A stretch of 61,793 nt of DNA from a bacterium (GTDB lineage: Bacteria > Patescibacteriota > Minisyncoccia > 1-14-0-10-42-19), in the NCBI GenBank assembly GCA_030690215.1, contig JAUYHD010000022.1:1-61793 (forward strand). The letters are read 5' to 3'. The notes beneath the pieces were generated by a model. It worked only from the letters and a program-made list of their open reading frames with translations. It had not been told where the DNA came from and did no database searches. A program made the position numbers and the translations under genes. Numbering within the stretch: the first letter of the stretch is position 1; each line of letters starts with the position of its first letter. Of the stretch, positions 52,588-61,793 are shown in pieces.

Positions 52588-54153
52588 ATGGAGAAATTCT
52601 ATATAACCACTTCTCTTCCGTATGTAAACGCTCCTCCCCACATAGGATTTGCGTTGGAGGCCGTACAAACAGATGTCGTTGCACGATGGAGACGCATCAA
52701 GGGAGATGATGTCTTTTTTTTGTCGGGCACGGATGAGCACGGCGCAAAAATAGTGCGGAGCGCTGAAAAAGCGGGGAAAACGCCGAAAGCGCTTGTTGAC
52801 GACAATGCCGCGTTATTCAAGCGTCTCCTTTCGGAACTTTATATTTCAAATAACGATTTTATCCGTACATCCGACCAGACGCGCCATTGGCAGGGAGCGC
52901 AGGCGCTCTGGAAAGCGATTGCAGAGAAGGGGGATTTGTATAAAGCAACATATAAAGGATTGTATTGCGTGGGGCATGAAGCATTCATTACTGAAAAAGA
53001 TTTGGTTGACGGGAAATGCACCGATCACAACCAAGCACCTGAACTATTGGAGGAGGAAAATTATTTTTTTCGTCTTTCAAAATATTCTCAAAAAATAAAA
53101 GAGCTTATTTCCAAAGACGAAATAAAAATATACCCCGATTTTCGCAAGAACGAAATTATGGCGCTCTTGGAAGAGGGGTTGCAGGATATCAGTTTTTCAC
53201 GGCCGTCAAAAGATATTTCGTGGGGTGTGCCGGTACCGGGCGACTCTTCGCAGACAATGTATGTATGGTGCGATGCGCTTTCAAACTACGTCTCCGCACT
53301 CGGATTTGGGGGTAGTAACAATTCCCATTTCAAAAAGTATTGGCCTGCAGATCTTCATGTTATAGGAAAAGATATTCTTCGGTTTCATGCGGCAATCTGG
53401 ATAGGAATGCTTTTGTCGGCGGGGCTTCTTTTGCCGAAAGTTATTTTTGTCCATGGATTTATTACTTCGGGAGGTAAGAAAATGTCAAAAACGATAGGCA
53501 ATGTCGTTGATCCATTTGATCTTATTCGCCGTTTTAGCGCGGATGCGTTACGATATTTTTTACTCCGTGAAGTCCAGCCGTTTGAGGATGGCGATTTTAC
53601 GGAGGAACATTTTGTGCAAGCGTATAACGCCAATCTTGCCAACGGGCTTGGAAATTATATTTCGCGCGTTTCTAAAATGATAGTGCAATATTTTGGGGAA
53701 GATTTTGAAAAGCCCGCCGAATCATTTTTGGATTCGGTCCCACTGCAGGCGCATTCCGAATTGTTGCGAATTCAAAACAAAGACGGAGGTAATATAGAAA
53801 CATTCAGTGTTCCGTTTTCATATGAGCAGTATGTGTACCCGCAATATAAAAAGGCGCTTGATGCCTACCAATTTTCACGCGCGCTTGATATAACATGGGG
53901 CTTTTTGGGAGAACTTGACCGATATATACAGCACTACGAGCCGTTTAAGCTTATAAAAACCGATAAAGAAAAAACCCACGCGGTATTATGGCAAACGGCA
54001 TACGGAGCGCTTGCATGCGCTGATATGCTTCGGCCGTTTCTTCCCGAAACCGCAAAAAAGATTTTTGAAATATTCGGAACAACTCCGGATGGATACCAGA
54101 ACAAAAAATCATTCAATATTACGCCCGGGGAAGGGCTTTTCCCAAGAAAATAA
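52588..54153 (+). CDS. metG: Methionine--tRNA ligase (short form, no C-terminal tRNA-binding domain)
   Basis: YVNAPPHIGF (HIGH-type motif), KMSKTIGN (KMSKS) and an anticodon-binding helical domain. Confidence 0.93.
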   Translation: MEKFYITTSLPYVNAPPHIGFALEAVQTDVVARWRRIKGDDVFFLSGTDEHGAKIVRSAEKAGKTPKALVDDNAALFKRLLSELYISNNDFIRTSDQTRHWQGAQALWKAIAEKGDLYKATYKGLYCVGHEAFITEKDLVDGKCTDHNQAPELLEEENYFFRLSKYSQKIKELISKDEIKIYPDFRKNEIMALLEEGLQDISFSRPSKDISWGVPVPGDSSQTMYVWCDALSNYVSALGFGGSNNSHFKKYWPADLHVIGKDILRFHAAIWIGMLLSAGLLLPKVIFVHGFITSGGKKMSKTIGNVVDPFDLIRRFSADALRYFLLREVQPFEDGDFTEEHFVQAYNANLANGLGNYISRVSKMIVQYFGEDFEKPAESFLDSVPLQAHSELLRIQNKDGGNIETFSVPFSYEQYVYPQYKKALDAYQFSRALDITWGFLGELDRYIQHYEPFKLIKTDKEKTHAVLWQTAYGALACADMLRPFLPETAKKIFEIFGTTPDGYQNKKSFNITPGEGLFPRK

Positions 54154-54180
54154 AAAACGACCCGGGGGTCGTTTTTTTTG
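54152..54180. terminator. Bidirectional intrinsic terminator
   Basis: AAAAAACGACCC-GG-GGGTCGTTTTTTTT. Confidence 0.8.
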
Positions 54181-54585
54181 TTAGGCAACCTTTATATCGG
54201 TTGTGAAAATTTTTTTTATCACTATTTTCATTTTTGTTTCTACAAACTCATTCAGTTCATCGCCGCTCAATCCCGCTGAAGCACCCCAAACATAAATTTT
54301 TTTTTCTATATTTATCAGCATGGCTCGATCTCCGTCGTTCCACCCAAGAAATTTATCACTTTCCATCAGGATTACGTCTTTTATGAAGACCCCTTCTCCC
54401 CGTATCATTTCAATTTGTTCTCCGGTTGGGTCCACAAAAATCTCAAGCAGAAGTCCTTTCTCATTTTTAATCGCGAAGGATGAATTTTTTGGCTGGCGTA
54501 TTGCGAGCAATACGCCGGTGTCCGTTTCTTGGCATTCAATATCGCCTGGGCAAGCCCAAGTTTTTAGTGGTTCTTGCTTTCTCAT
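54181..54585 (-). CDS. Hypothetical protein (134 aa)
   Basis: AGGAGA RBS. Its start lies 10 nt downstream of the upstream ORF's stop, and its RBS overlaps that stop. No recognised domain. Confidence 0.45.
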   Translation of the reverse strand: MRKQEPLKTWACPGDIECQETDTGVLLAIRQPKNSSFAIKNEKGLLLEIFVDPTGEQIEMIRGEGVFIKDVILMESDKFLGWNDGDRAMLINIEKKIYVWGASAGLSGDELNEFVETKMKIVIKKIFTTDIKVA

Positions 54586-54594
54586 ACTTTTCTC

Positions 54595-54978
54595 CTAACC
54601 GTCCCAATCCGGATCCCAGTCATCTTTTTCTTCCATAATATAAAATATTATTGCCACATATTCTCTTCTCTTATAATGGATTATGTCTGCGCGTGCGCGG
54701 GCGTTTTCTCCATACACTGCTTTGATATAATCCCGTAAAGAGGGAATAAGCAACCGTTCTAGCGCATTCTGGATAGTTCGCAACAAAATGGTTCCCGTTC
54801 TTCTTCCAAAAAAGTATTTTGTTGTTTTATTTTGAATAAAATGACACTCTTTTTTAGAGAACAAAAATCGTGTCCCATCACAACCTAGCTTAAATAGTTT
54901 TAATTTTATAGCACTTAGAAGGGAATCTTCAGGATCAATATGTATGATTTCCGTGTTGTCCTTTTTTAATATTATCAA
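54595..54978 (-). CDS. Hypothetical protein (127 aa)
   Basis: AGGAG RBS 6 nt before a TTG start. No recognised domain. Confidence 0.45.
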   Translation of the reverse strand: MIILKKDNTEIIHIDPEDSLLSAIKLKLFKLGCDGTRFLFSKKECHFIQNKTTKYFFGRRTGTILLRTIQNALERLLIPSLRDYIKAVYGENARARADIIHYKRREYVAIIFYIMEEKDDWDPDWDG

Positions 54979-55028
54979 AGACGGTCTCCTTTCATTTTAT
55001 CTCTTAATTTTATATCATAATTTTATGT

Positions 55029-55871
55029 ATGAAGCAACCGCGATTGATTGATTCCCACACACACATGCAGTTCGCTGCTTTTAAGGACGATATGCCGGAA
55101 GTTATTCGGCGTGCGCTTGAACATGGAGTTTGGATGGTAAATGTCGGGACGCAGAAAGACACCTCGAGACAAGCAATTACGCTTGCCGAAATGTATGATG
55201 AGGGGGTGTATGCAGCGGTTGGGCTTCATCCGATTCATGCCGATAAATCTTTTCATGATACAGACGAACTCGGAGGAGACGCAGGATTTGAAAGCAGGGG
55301 AGAAGAATTTGATGTTGATTATTATACAAACTTGGCACAGCGCAAAAAAGTGGTTGCCGTCGGTGAATGCGGATTAGATTATTTTCGGGTTGAGGGTGAT
55401 GCGGAGTCAATAAAAATAAAACAAAAAGAAATATTTAAAAAACACATAGATGTCGCCCGCGCTATCGGCAAGCCCCTCATGATTCATTGCAGGCCCTCAA
55501 AACACAATGACGCATATGAAGATATCATCGCGCTATTGCAAGAGAGGCATGTTGCGGGTGGAGTCGTTCATTTTTTTGTCGGGTCTATAGATATTGCCGA
55601 AAAATTTCTTGCTCTTGGTTTTTCGTTTACGTTTGGGGGAGTGATTACCTTTGTGCACGATTACGACAAGGTGGTGCGGTATATTCCCTTAGATCGGATA
55701 CTAACCGAAACAGATGCGCCGTATGTTACTCCCGCTCCGTACAGAGGCAAGCGGAACGAACCGTCTTATGTAGAAGAGGTTGCAAAAAAAATAGCGGAGT
55801 TGAAAGGAGTGTCATTTGAGGAAGCAGCAAGGCAAACGGTATTGAATGCGAAAAAGATTTTTAATATATGA
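55029..55871 (+). CDS. tatD: TatD family metal-dependent hydrolase
   Basis: N-terminal IDSHTH, GECGLDY and the C-terminal ETDAPY motif. Confidence 0.9.
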   Translation: MKQPRLIDSHTHMQFAAFKDDMPEVIRRALEHGVWMVNVGTQKDTSRQAITLAEMYDEGVYAAVGLHPIHADKSFHDTDELGGDAGFESRGEEFDVDYYTNLAQRKKVVAVGECGLDYFRVEGDAESIKIKQKEIFKKHIDVARAIGKPLMIHCRPSKHNDAYEDIIALLQERHVAGGVVHFFVGSIDIAEKFLALGFSFTFGGVITFVHDYDKVVRYIPLDRILTETDAPYVTPAPYRGKRNEPSYVEEVAKKIAELKGVSFEEAARQTVLNAKKIFNI

Positions 55872-55932
55872 GAGAGTGCAGCATATAAAAAAGGACTACT
55901 GTAATAAGTGGTCCTTTTTGTGTGGATTTTTT

Positions 55933-56946
55933 CTATTGTCTTTCCGCAATCGGTTTTAAATAAGAATCAAGTAACGCGTCCATATGCTTAAACGATTCGC
56001 AGACAAAAAATATCGGGTTGAAGGCATATACAGTTTTGGGAATACGTGCGATGGTTTCTACGTCAAACGGCGCGAGTATTACTCCGCCTCCGAAATAGCC
56101 GCGACGGGCAATGTTTAATTTGGTATACAGGGAATCCATTACATTCCATCCCGCTTCTGGAGACGACATATTTCCTTGTTCGTGCAGCTCATTGACGCCG
56201 TCAGTGATGCGATATATGTCGCTCTTATGTGCGGCGAACTGATCGGTAAGCTGGTTGAATATGTCTTTTGTATAATCAATCATGTTGTCGCGGGAAAGCC
56301 GATAGAACTCCATGATGGTGTTTGCAAGTTCCGCACGGCCAGAAAGGATTCCCGCACCGAATATCTTGAAGCGATTTTCTTCTATGACCAATCCGAACTC
56401 GGTACTGTACCATGCAAGACGCTTGATAACTTCCTTTTCTTCCGGTGTCGCTTTCAGGTATGCGGGAGCGAATTTATCTTCAATATCGGCATAGAATTTC
56501 TGTGTTAGGTATGGCAAGTGCCCGAAAATATCATGGAACATGTCTGGTTTTGGTGTAAACTCCATCTCATTGCGATCCCGCAAATAATCGGTAACAAGAA
56601 AAATGCGTTTTGCAAATTTCGGATACCAATTATCCCCTTCGGTGTATCGCACGATCGTGCGTTCTACTTTCCATCCCGTGCGAGAGGCAATGTGTCTGTT
56701 GAGGTGGGCAACAGTAGGGATGCGGCGCGGTTCGAGTTCTAGCAGAGGTAATCCATTTTTGAACTCCCGACAGATATGTTCCAATATATATGGCTGATGA
56801 ATGCCCGCGTATAAATCTGCCCAAATCGCGTGTTGTTCTGGGGAAAAATCAATTTCCTGGTTAAGAGCGGTGTACTCTTTTGTCGGATCAATATCCTGAT
56901 GAGCAATATCGCCTGTATAGAACGGCTCTTTTTTTTCTTCGGTCAT
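55933..56946 (-). CDS. phhA: Phenylalanine 4-monooxygenase (aromatic amino acid hydroxylase)
   Basis: Iron-binding region PDMFHDIFGHLPYL and ..WYSTEFGL... GAGGAGGG RBS before ATG 56946. The longer track ORF crosses the divergent promoter region. Confidence 0.85.
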   Translation of the reverse strand: MTEEKKEPFYTGDIAHQDIDPTKEYTALNQEIDFSPEQHAIWADLYAGIHQPYILEHICREFKNGLPLLELEPRRIPTVAHLNRHIASRTGWKVERTIVRYTEGDNWYPKFAKRIFLVTDYLRDRNEMEFTPKPDMFHDIFGHLPYLTQKFYADIEDKFAPAYLKATPEEKEVIKRLAWYSTEFGLVIEENRFKIFGAGILSGRAELANTIMEFYRLSRDNMIDYTKDIFNQLTDQFAAHKSDIYRITDGVNELHEQGNMSSPEAGWNVMDSLYTKLNIARRGYFGGGVILAPFDVETIARIPKTVYAFNPIFFVCESFKHMDALLDSYLKPIAERQ

Positions 56947-57116
56947 ACTATAATCCCTCCTCGCAATCGGTGATTGCAAAGCCCAATATGATGATACAAT
57001 TTTTAAAGATTGCAAGGTCATGGTATCACCGGAAAAAAAGCAGGTCAACAGAAGAGCGTACAAAAATTCCCAATCATTTCTATATGCGCGCGGGGCTTTT
57101 CTTTTGGAAAAAATTG

Positions 57117-57125
57117 TGGTATTAT
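57117..57125 (+). promoter_or_regulatory. Extended -10 promoter TGGTATTAT
   Basis: TGnTATTAT motif about 50 nt before ATG 57176. Confidence 0.45.
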
Positions 57126-57175
57126 GCAAACGATGTTTTTTGAAAAATAAAAATAAACCCGCCCTTGTTAACACT

Positions 57176-58426
57176 ATGGCGAGGCGGAGAAGGACTCACA
57201 CGATGAAAATACTAGATTGGCTTGGAGTTGATCCCATGGGTTGGTTTTTGGGCGACAAGGATGTTGCATCTCGCTTGATACAGATGACCATGATTGTTTC
57301 TCAAACGAATGATCCGGACGATATTAAAAAAGCATTTTTCGGATTACTTGAACCGGTAAAAGATAAATTACCGCGGATATTTTCTCTCCTGTTTCTTTCG
57401 GGGAAAATGTCGTCGGCATTGCTTGCGTATGAACTGCATATAGGATTTCGGATATTTGCCGGGCGCTTTATTGGGGGGAACGATATGCCAAGCATTGTGC
57501 GTACCATTCGTTCATATCACGCAAAAGGCATAAAGGTAAATTTGGATATTTTGGGAGATGCGGTATTTTCCGAAAAAGAAGCTCAAAAATATATTGACGA
57601 CTATTGTCTTTTGTTTTCCGAGCTTCCAAAATACGGAATTAATGCGTCGCATGATGTGAGCGCGTCAATAAAAATTTCGGCTGCGTATTCGCAAATTGAT
57701 CCATCTAATCCCGACTATTCTGTTGGCGTGATATGCAATCGTCTTGAACCATTTTTTGTGCTAGCGCAAAAATTTGGATTCAATATCTATTTTGATGCGC
57801 TTGAACGGGAGTATCGGGAGATTCAATTTCGCGTCTTTGAGCGGATGCATAAAAAATATGGCGATACCGCGCGGTTTGTGGTGCAGTCATATTTCAAAGA
57901 TTCGCTCGGCATGATAGACCGTCTTGCGGAAATGCGGGTGCGGCACGGCAGTCCTGTGTGGGTGCGCTTGGTGCTTGGCGCCTACCACTCCTTTGAGCAA
58001 TATACCGCGCGCATTCGCGGACAGGATATTCCTGTGTGGACCGTAAAAGAGGACACGAATCGTAATTTTCGAGCGTGTTTTAGCGAGGGAGTACGTCGAA
58101 GTCTTTGTATGGTGTCAGGCACACAAAATGCGGATCATATTCTGTATGCGCTGAAAAACGGTTCGTCCGGGACCCAGCTATTACGGGGTATGGGTGAACC
58201 GTATGCGTTCGGTGCGCTTGTCCCACAGGGGTTCCCGGTATGTTTTTATGTTCCGGTGGTCCTTACTAAGAGCTTTGCCCAGGGCATAGGATTTTTGATA
58301 CGGCGGGTTGATGATAATACCGGCCCCGAAAGTTTTCTTGCGCGTTATTTTGGCAGAAAAATGAAAGGAGCCGTCCGCACTCTCAAAGAAGGCATAGAGG
58401 AAATTGAATGGAGGAAAGCAGCATGA
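57176..58426 (+). CDS. Proline dehydrogenase (monofunctional)
   Basis: PRODH barrel motifs ..SIKISA.., ..VVQSYFKD.. and ..VRLVLGAY... Followed by a P5C dehydrogenase gene with an ATGA overlap. Confidence 0.72.
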   Translation: MARRRRTHTMKILDWLGVDPMGWFLGDKDVASRLIQMTMIVSQTNDPDDIKKAFFGLLEPVKDKLPRIFSLLFLSGKMSSALLAYELHIGFRIFAGRFIGGNDMPSIVRTIRSYHAKGIKVNLDILGDAVFSEKEAQKYIDDYCLLFSELPKYGINASHDVSASIKISAAYSQIDPSNPDYSVGVICNRLEPFFVLAQKFGFNIYFDALEREYREIQFRVFERMHKKYGDTARFVVQSYFKDSLGMIDRLAEMRVRHGSPVWVRLVLGAYHSFEQYTARIRGQDIPVWTVKEDTNRNFRACFSEGVRRSLCMVSGTQNADHILYALKNGSSGTQLLRGMGEPYAFGALVPQGFPVCFYVPVVLTKSFAQGIGFLIRRVDDNTGPESFLARYFGRKMKGAVRTLKEGIEEIEWRKAA

Positions 58427-60087
58427 TGATACAAAACGAATATTTCAGAAATGAACCACAGGAAGATTTTTCCGATCCGCACATTATCGCAAAGATAGAG
58501 CAGGGGATTAAGGCGTTTGAATCTAAGTGGTTTGGCGTGATGAAGCCTCGTCCGGTAATTATTGGCGGAGACGAAGACAATACGGGCGATTATATGGATA
58601 TATATGATCCCGCAAGGCGTTTTCGGTTGTTGGGGCGCGTACGCATTGCGACTCCCGACAATGTTGAAAAAGCCTGCCTGGTAGCCCACAGGGCGTTCCA
58701 AAAAAGTTTAGAATTTTTCTGGGATGATTTTGACGGGTGGCTTTTGGGACGGAAACGCGTTATCCAAAAAGCGCTCGAGCTTATCCGCGAGGAGCGCTAT
58801 ATTATTGCGCCATTAATTTCGTGCGAAGTTTCAAAATCGCTGAAAGGTTCTTTCGGAGAAATAGAAGAAGCGATTGATTTTGGCGAATATTATCTTTCGC
58901 AGGTTGATGCTTTATTTGAGCGGGTTCGCACTCGTTCGGATATAGAGACAGAAAAGAATATGCGTATTCCTGTTCCAAGGGGACCCACCGTAGCAATAAA
59001 AGTTTGGAATTTCCCACTCTCGCTTTCGTTTGAAAGCATAGGCGCGTCCTACCTTGCAGGGTGCCCGGTCCTTTTTAAGCCGGCGGAGCAATCGTCATTG
59101 GTTGGGTATTATCTTGTTGATCTTTTGTTGCGTGCGGGTATGGAATCTGATTTTATTTCGTATCTTCCCGGGTATGGAGACATAGGTGAAGCGCTTGTGA
59201 AAAATCCATATACAGCCCACATTTGTTTTACGGGCTCCATGGAAGTAGGGCACAAGATAAATGTTGCTGCAGCCGTTGCTGTTGCCGAAAACCCATATGC
59301 GTATCCATGTGGCACGAAACGAATTGAGGGAGAGCTTGGCGCGAATAATCCTATGATTGTGACGCGAAGCGCGAATATTGACGATGTAGTAAAAGCGATT
59401 CTTGTTTCCAAATGGAATCAGGAGGGAAGAAAATGTTCTGCGTTGCAGCGCTTATTTATTGTAGCGTCACCGGAACACGAATTTTCCAAGGCTCTTATGT
59501 CGCGGGTGATCGGAGGAGCTTCTTCGTTTGAATATGGCCATCCGGTATTCGGCAAGAAAAGATACAGCAATAATGCGGTCATTGATGGGGAGGCTTTTAA
59601 GCGGATCAAAGATCGCATCAATGAATGCAGAAAGATAAAAGAACCATTGCTTGAAGTTGATTTGTCGGATATGGAAGAAGACGGATATTTTATCGGTCCT
59701 GTAATTTTTGAGGGTATCCCTCATGATTCATCACTCGTACGAGAAGAAATATTCGGTCCGGTGCTGTTTATCTTTTTTGTAGACTCGCTTGAAGAAGCGA
59801 TCCGCATGGCCAACATGTATCCTCATATTACTACAGGCATTTTTACGCAGGACGCGAAAGAAAAAGGGCAGTTCATCCGCGGGATGATGACGGGAGGGAA
59901 AAGCGGTTTAATATACGTAAACCGCGAAATTGTCGGAGCGGTAGCAGGACAGCATCAATTCGGCCCTATCAATCAATCGGGGAGCGGATATAAGCTTGCA
60001 ACGCCGAATCGCATGAGACTCTTTGTAAATGAAGTGGGGGTCTCGGAAAACTTCTTATCTCAGGGTGTTCTTTTTAAAAATGAATAA
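58423..60087 (+). CDS. L-glutamate gamma-semialdehyde (P5C) dehydrogenase, aldehyde dehydrogenase family
   Basis: N-terminal F.NEP..DF, FTGS, ELGANNP, catalytic GRKCSA and EEIFGPV. Confidence 0.83.
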   Translation: MMIQNEYFRNEPQEDFSDPHIIAKIEQGIKAFESKWFGVMKPRPVIIGGDEDNTGDYMDIYDPARRFRLLGRVRIATPDNVEKACLVAHRAFQKSLEFFWDDFDGWLLGRKRVIQKALELIREERYIIAPLISCEVSKSLKGSFGEIEEAIDFGEYYLSQVDALFERVRTRSDIETEKNMRIPVPRGPTVAIKVWNFPLSLSFESIGASYLAGCPVLFKPAEQSSLVGYYLVDLLLRAGMESDFISYLPGYGDIGEALVKNPYTAHICFTGSMEVGHKINVAAAVAVAENPYAYPCGTKRIEGELGANNPMIVTRSANIDDVVKAILVSKWNQEGRKCSALQRLFIVASPEHEFSKALMSRVIGGASSFEYGHPVFGKKRYSNNAVIDGEAFKRIKDRINECRKIKEPLLEVDLSDMEEDGYFIGPVIFEGIPHDSSLVREEIFGPVLFIFFVDSLEEAIRMANMYPHITTGIFTQDAKEKGQFIRGMMTGGKSGLIYVNREIVGAVAGQHQFGPINQSGSGYKLATPNRMRLFVNEVGVSENFLSQGVLFKNE

Positions 60088-60093
60088 CAAAAA

Positions 60094-60123
60094 GCCTCGT
60101 ACCAAGCGTACGGGGCCTTTTTA
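60094..60123 (+). terminator. Intrinsic terminator
   Basis: GCCTCGTAC..GTACGGGGC followed by TTTTT. Confidence 0.7.
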
Positions 60124-60325
60124 TTGCTATAATATGAATAATGGGTTATTTTATGCATTGATTATATGACTAATTTCTTATAACTCATAACATATAACTT
60201 TTTACAATGAATCCCGTTAGAGATCGCGGACGCGCAATATAAAGTCAGATTTTATAAAATGTTTAAATATCTTATTAAAAAATGTAGTACGTGGAATACT
60301 AAGTCCGCGTCCTATCTCTAACGGG

Positions 60326-61793
60326 ATGAAACGAGTTCCCAAAAAAAATGTTTCCTTAGTCCTGCATGATGTACGGCCGCCCGAGGGAGTAACGCTTCGT
60401 CCGGCGCCGTCTGCGCTAAACGCTATTCCCGCGACGCCTAAAAAAAACCATATTCTCTACACCCGCGTAGAAAATTCTACGGTGCGTTTTGCGTCGGTTC
60501 GTGATATTGCGCCGCAAGCGAGAAATAAAAAAGAAGCCCAGAAATTTTTGCGCCATAAAAAAAATAATCTCGAACTGCCTAGCAGGTTATCTTACCGAAC
60601 CGGCAATAAATGGTGGAAGAAAGTGGCGATCGCGATCTCTTTCGCGGTATTTATTTTGGGCGTAGTCTACGGGGTCGGTATTTTGAATTTTAAACGCGAT
60701 AGCGTCGCCTCGCTTCGGAGCATATACGGCGATTTCCAGTCTTCGGTTCAGTCTTTTAAAAATTGGCGTCCGGAGGCGGCGAAGACATCTTTGCTTCAAG
60801 CGGATGCCAAACTTTCAGGCTTAACCAATGGCGCCAATCGTTATGGGTTGTTTCAGCTCTCCGATATTCTTGATTCGATTATTCCGGCCTTTGGGGCTGT
60901 GCCATCAGTGTTTAAAAATTTAGGCAGCTTTACCAACTCGCTCTTGGAGGCTGCGGGCGCGCTCCATGAGCTTAAAACTTCCGGCCTAAGTTATTTTATC
61001 TCCGGAGACGGCGATAAGTTTCTCGCGCTTCTAAGGACGCTCCAAAAGAATAGCGACGAGATTACTCATAGCAGTACTGACCTAATAAACGAAGCCAATA
61101 CTTTAAAAAATTTGCCTCTGGGCAAGGAATTTCTGAATGTTAGTTTGGCAGAAAATTTGCCTATGCTAACTGAACTTTATTCCGCTAAAGATCTTTTGCG
61201 GAGCTTAATAACGCTCTTAGAAAAACCTGACGGCTTTCACTTCGCGCTTTTTTTCCAAAACCCTTCGGAGATGCGCCCATCAGGCGGTTTTATTGGTTCT
61301 TACGCTGACCTGTTTGTAGAGAACGGCGCGATAAAAAATATTGACGTACGCGACATTTACGATCCAGACGGCCAGTTGGATTTAAAAGTTGTTCCGCCCA
61401 AACCTCTTCAAGGTACGACGGTGAGCTGGGGCGCGCGGGATGCCAATTGGTTCTTTGATTTTCCTAAAACCGCGGCCAAGGTACTGGGCTTTCTCCAGGT
61501 TTCTAAAATCTATTCGGAAAAAAATGTGACATTTGAGGGCGCGGTTGCTTTAAATACCGACCTCATTGAAGGCATTTTAGGCATTACCGGACCTATCGCG
61601 CTTCCCGATTACAACCTCGCGCTTGCTAAGGATAATTTTTTAACCGAGGTTCAGAAAGAAGTGGAGACCGGCACGAATAAGGAGTTACATCAGCCAAAAA
61701 AAATTTTAAAAGATTTCATGCCGCTTTTTTTGGCGTCGCTCAAAAATTTGAATGATGATGGCAAAGAAAAACTGCTTGAGCTTGTTGCCGGCC
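60326..61793 (+). CDS. DUF4012 domain-containing membrane-anchored protein (3' partial, runs off the window)
   Basis: Hand-translated open frame from ATG 60326 to the window end with no stop. It is absent from the ORF track because it is open-ended. One TM helix, then ..PSGGFIGSYADLFVENGAIKNIDVRDIYDPDGQLD.., as I recall for DUF4012. Confidence 0.7.
   Translation, partial: MKRVPKKNVSLVLHDVRPPEGVTLRPAPSALNAIPATPKKNHILYTRVENSTVRFASVRDIAPQARNKKEAQKFLRHKKNNLELPSRLSYRTGNKWWKKVAIAISFAVFILGVVYGVGILNFKRDSVASLRSIYGDFQSSVQSFKNWRPEAAKTSLLQADAKLSGLTNGANRYGLFQLSDILDSIIPAFGAVPSVFKNLGSFTNSLLEAAGALHELKTSGLSYFISGDGDKFLALLRTLQKNSDEITHSSTDLINEANTLKNLPLGKEFLNVSLAENLPMLTELYSAKDLLRSLITLLEKPDGFHFALFFQNPSEMRPSGGFIGSYADLFVENGAIKNIDVRDIYDPDGQLDLKVVPPKPLQGTTVSWGARDANWFFDFPKTAAKVLGFLQVSKIYSEKNVTFEGAVALNTDLIEGILGITGPIALPDYNLALAKDNFLTEVQKEVETGTNKELHQPKKILKDFMPLFLASLKNLNDDGKEKLLELVAG

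Overview
This 61.8-kb window is bacterial, with AT-rich intergenic DNA. I call about 41 protein genes and 4 intact tRNA genes, and several families of short structured repeats.

Housekeeping genes: ftsH, recG, ileS, recO, glyQS, metG, tatD, an M16 peptidase, an AI-2E transporter and a NUDIX hydrolase.

Functional neighbourhoods:
- A PrkA / YeaH(DUF444) / SpoVR stress module with a second PrkA-like P-loop protein (9.6-17.1 kb).
- An envelope block: a membrane GT2 synthase, a 2215-aa thioester alpha-2-macroglobulin convergent with PBP1C, and an L,D-transpeptidase fused to a DD-carboxypeptidase.
- An aromatic amino-acid catabolic cluster: HPPD, homogentisate dioxygenase-like, FAH-family hydrolase and acetoacetyl-CoA-synthetase-like ligase. 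Phenylalanine hydroxylase, proline dehydrogenase plus P5C dehydrogenase, and a Leu/Phe-type dehydrogenase lie elsewhere in the window.

Lineage (inference only): a partial DUF4012 protein, a short RecO, many membrane-anchored orphan proteins, TGGTATAAT-type extended -10 promoters and apparently leaderless starts suggest an uncultivated Patescibacteria/CPR-like bacterium.

Most unusual signals:
1. All three multi-element tRNA loci (Leu, Ile, Ser) hold one intact tRNA embedded among partial or interrupted copies of itself. In the Ile and Ser loci, long leader/trailer helices extend the acceptor stem of the intact tRNA.
2. A conserved 40-nt double hairpin is inserted at the same T-loop position (GGTTCG^A) in three tRNA-like 3' modules. 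Its second stem shows compensatory changes between copies.
3. IleRS carries a complete histidine-phosphatase (PGAM-like) domain of about 200 aa inserted in its catalytic body. It also carries an in-frame copy of a 39-nt element found in the Ser tRNA locus.
4. Two dispersed intergenic motif families are present: a GC-rich CTCGCCTCGC...AGCGGG element and CCCGTTAGA/TCTAACGGG palindromes.

No CRISPR array, rRNA gene, integrase or transposase gene was seen.
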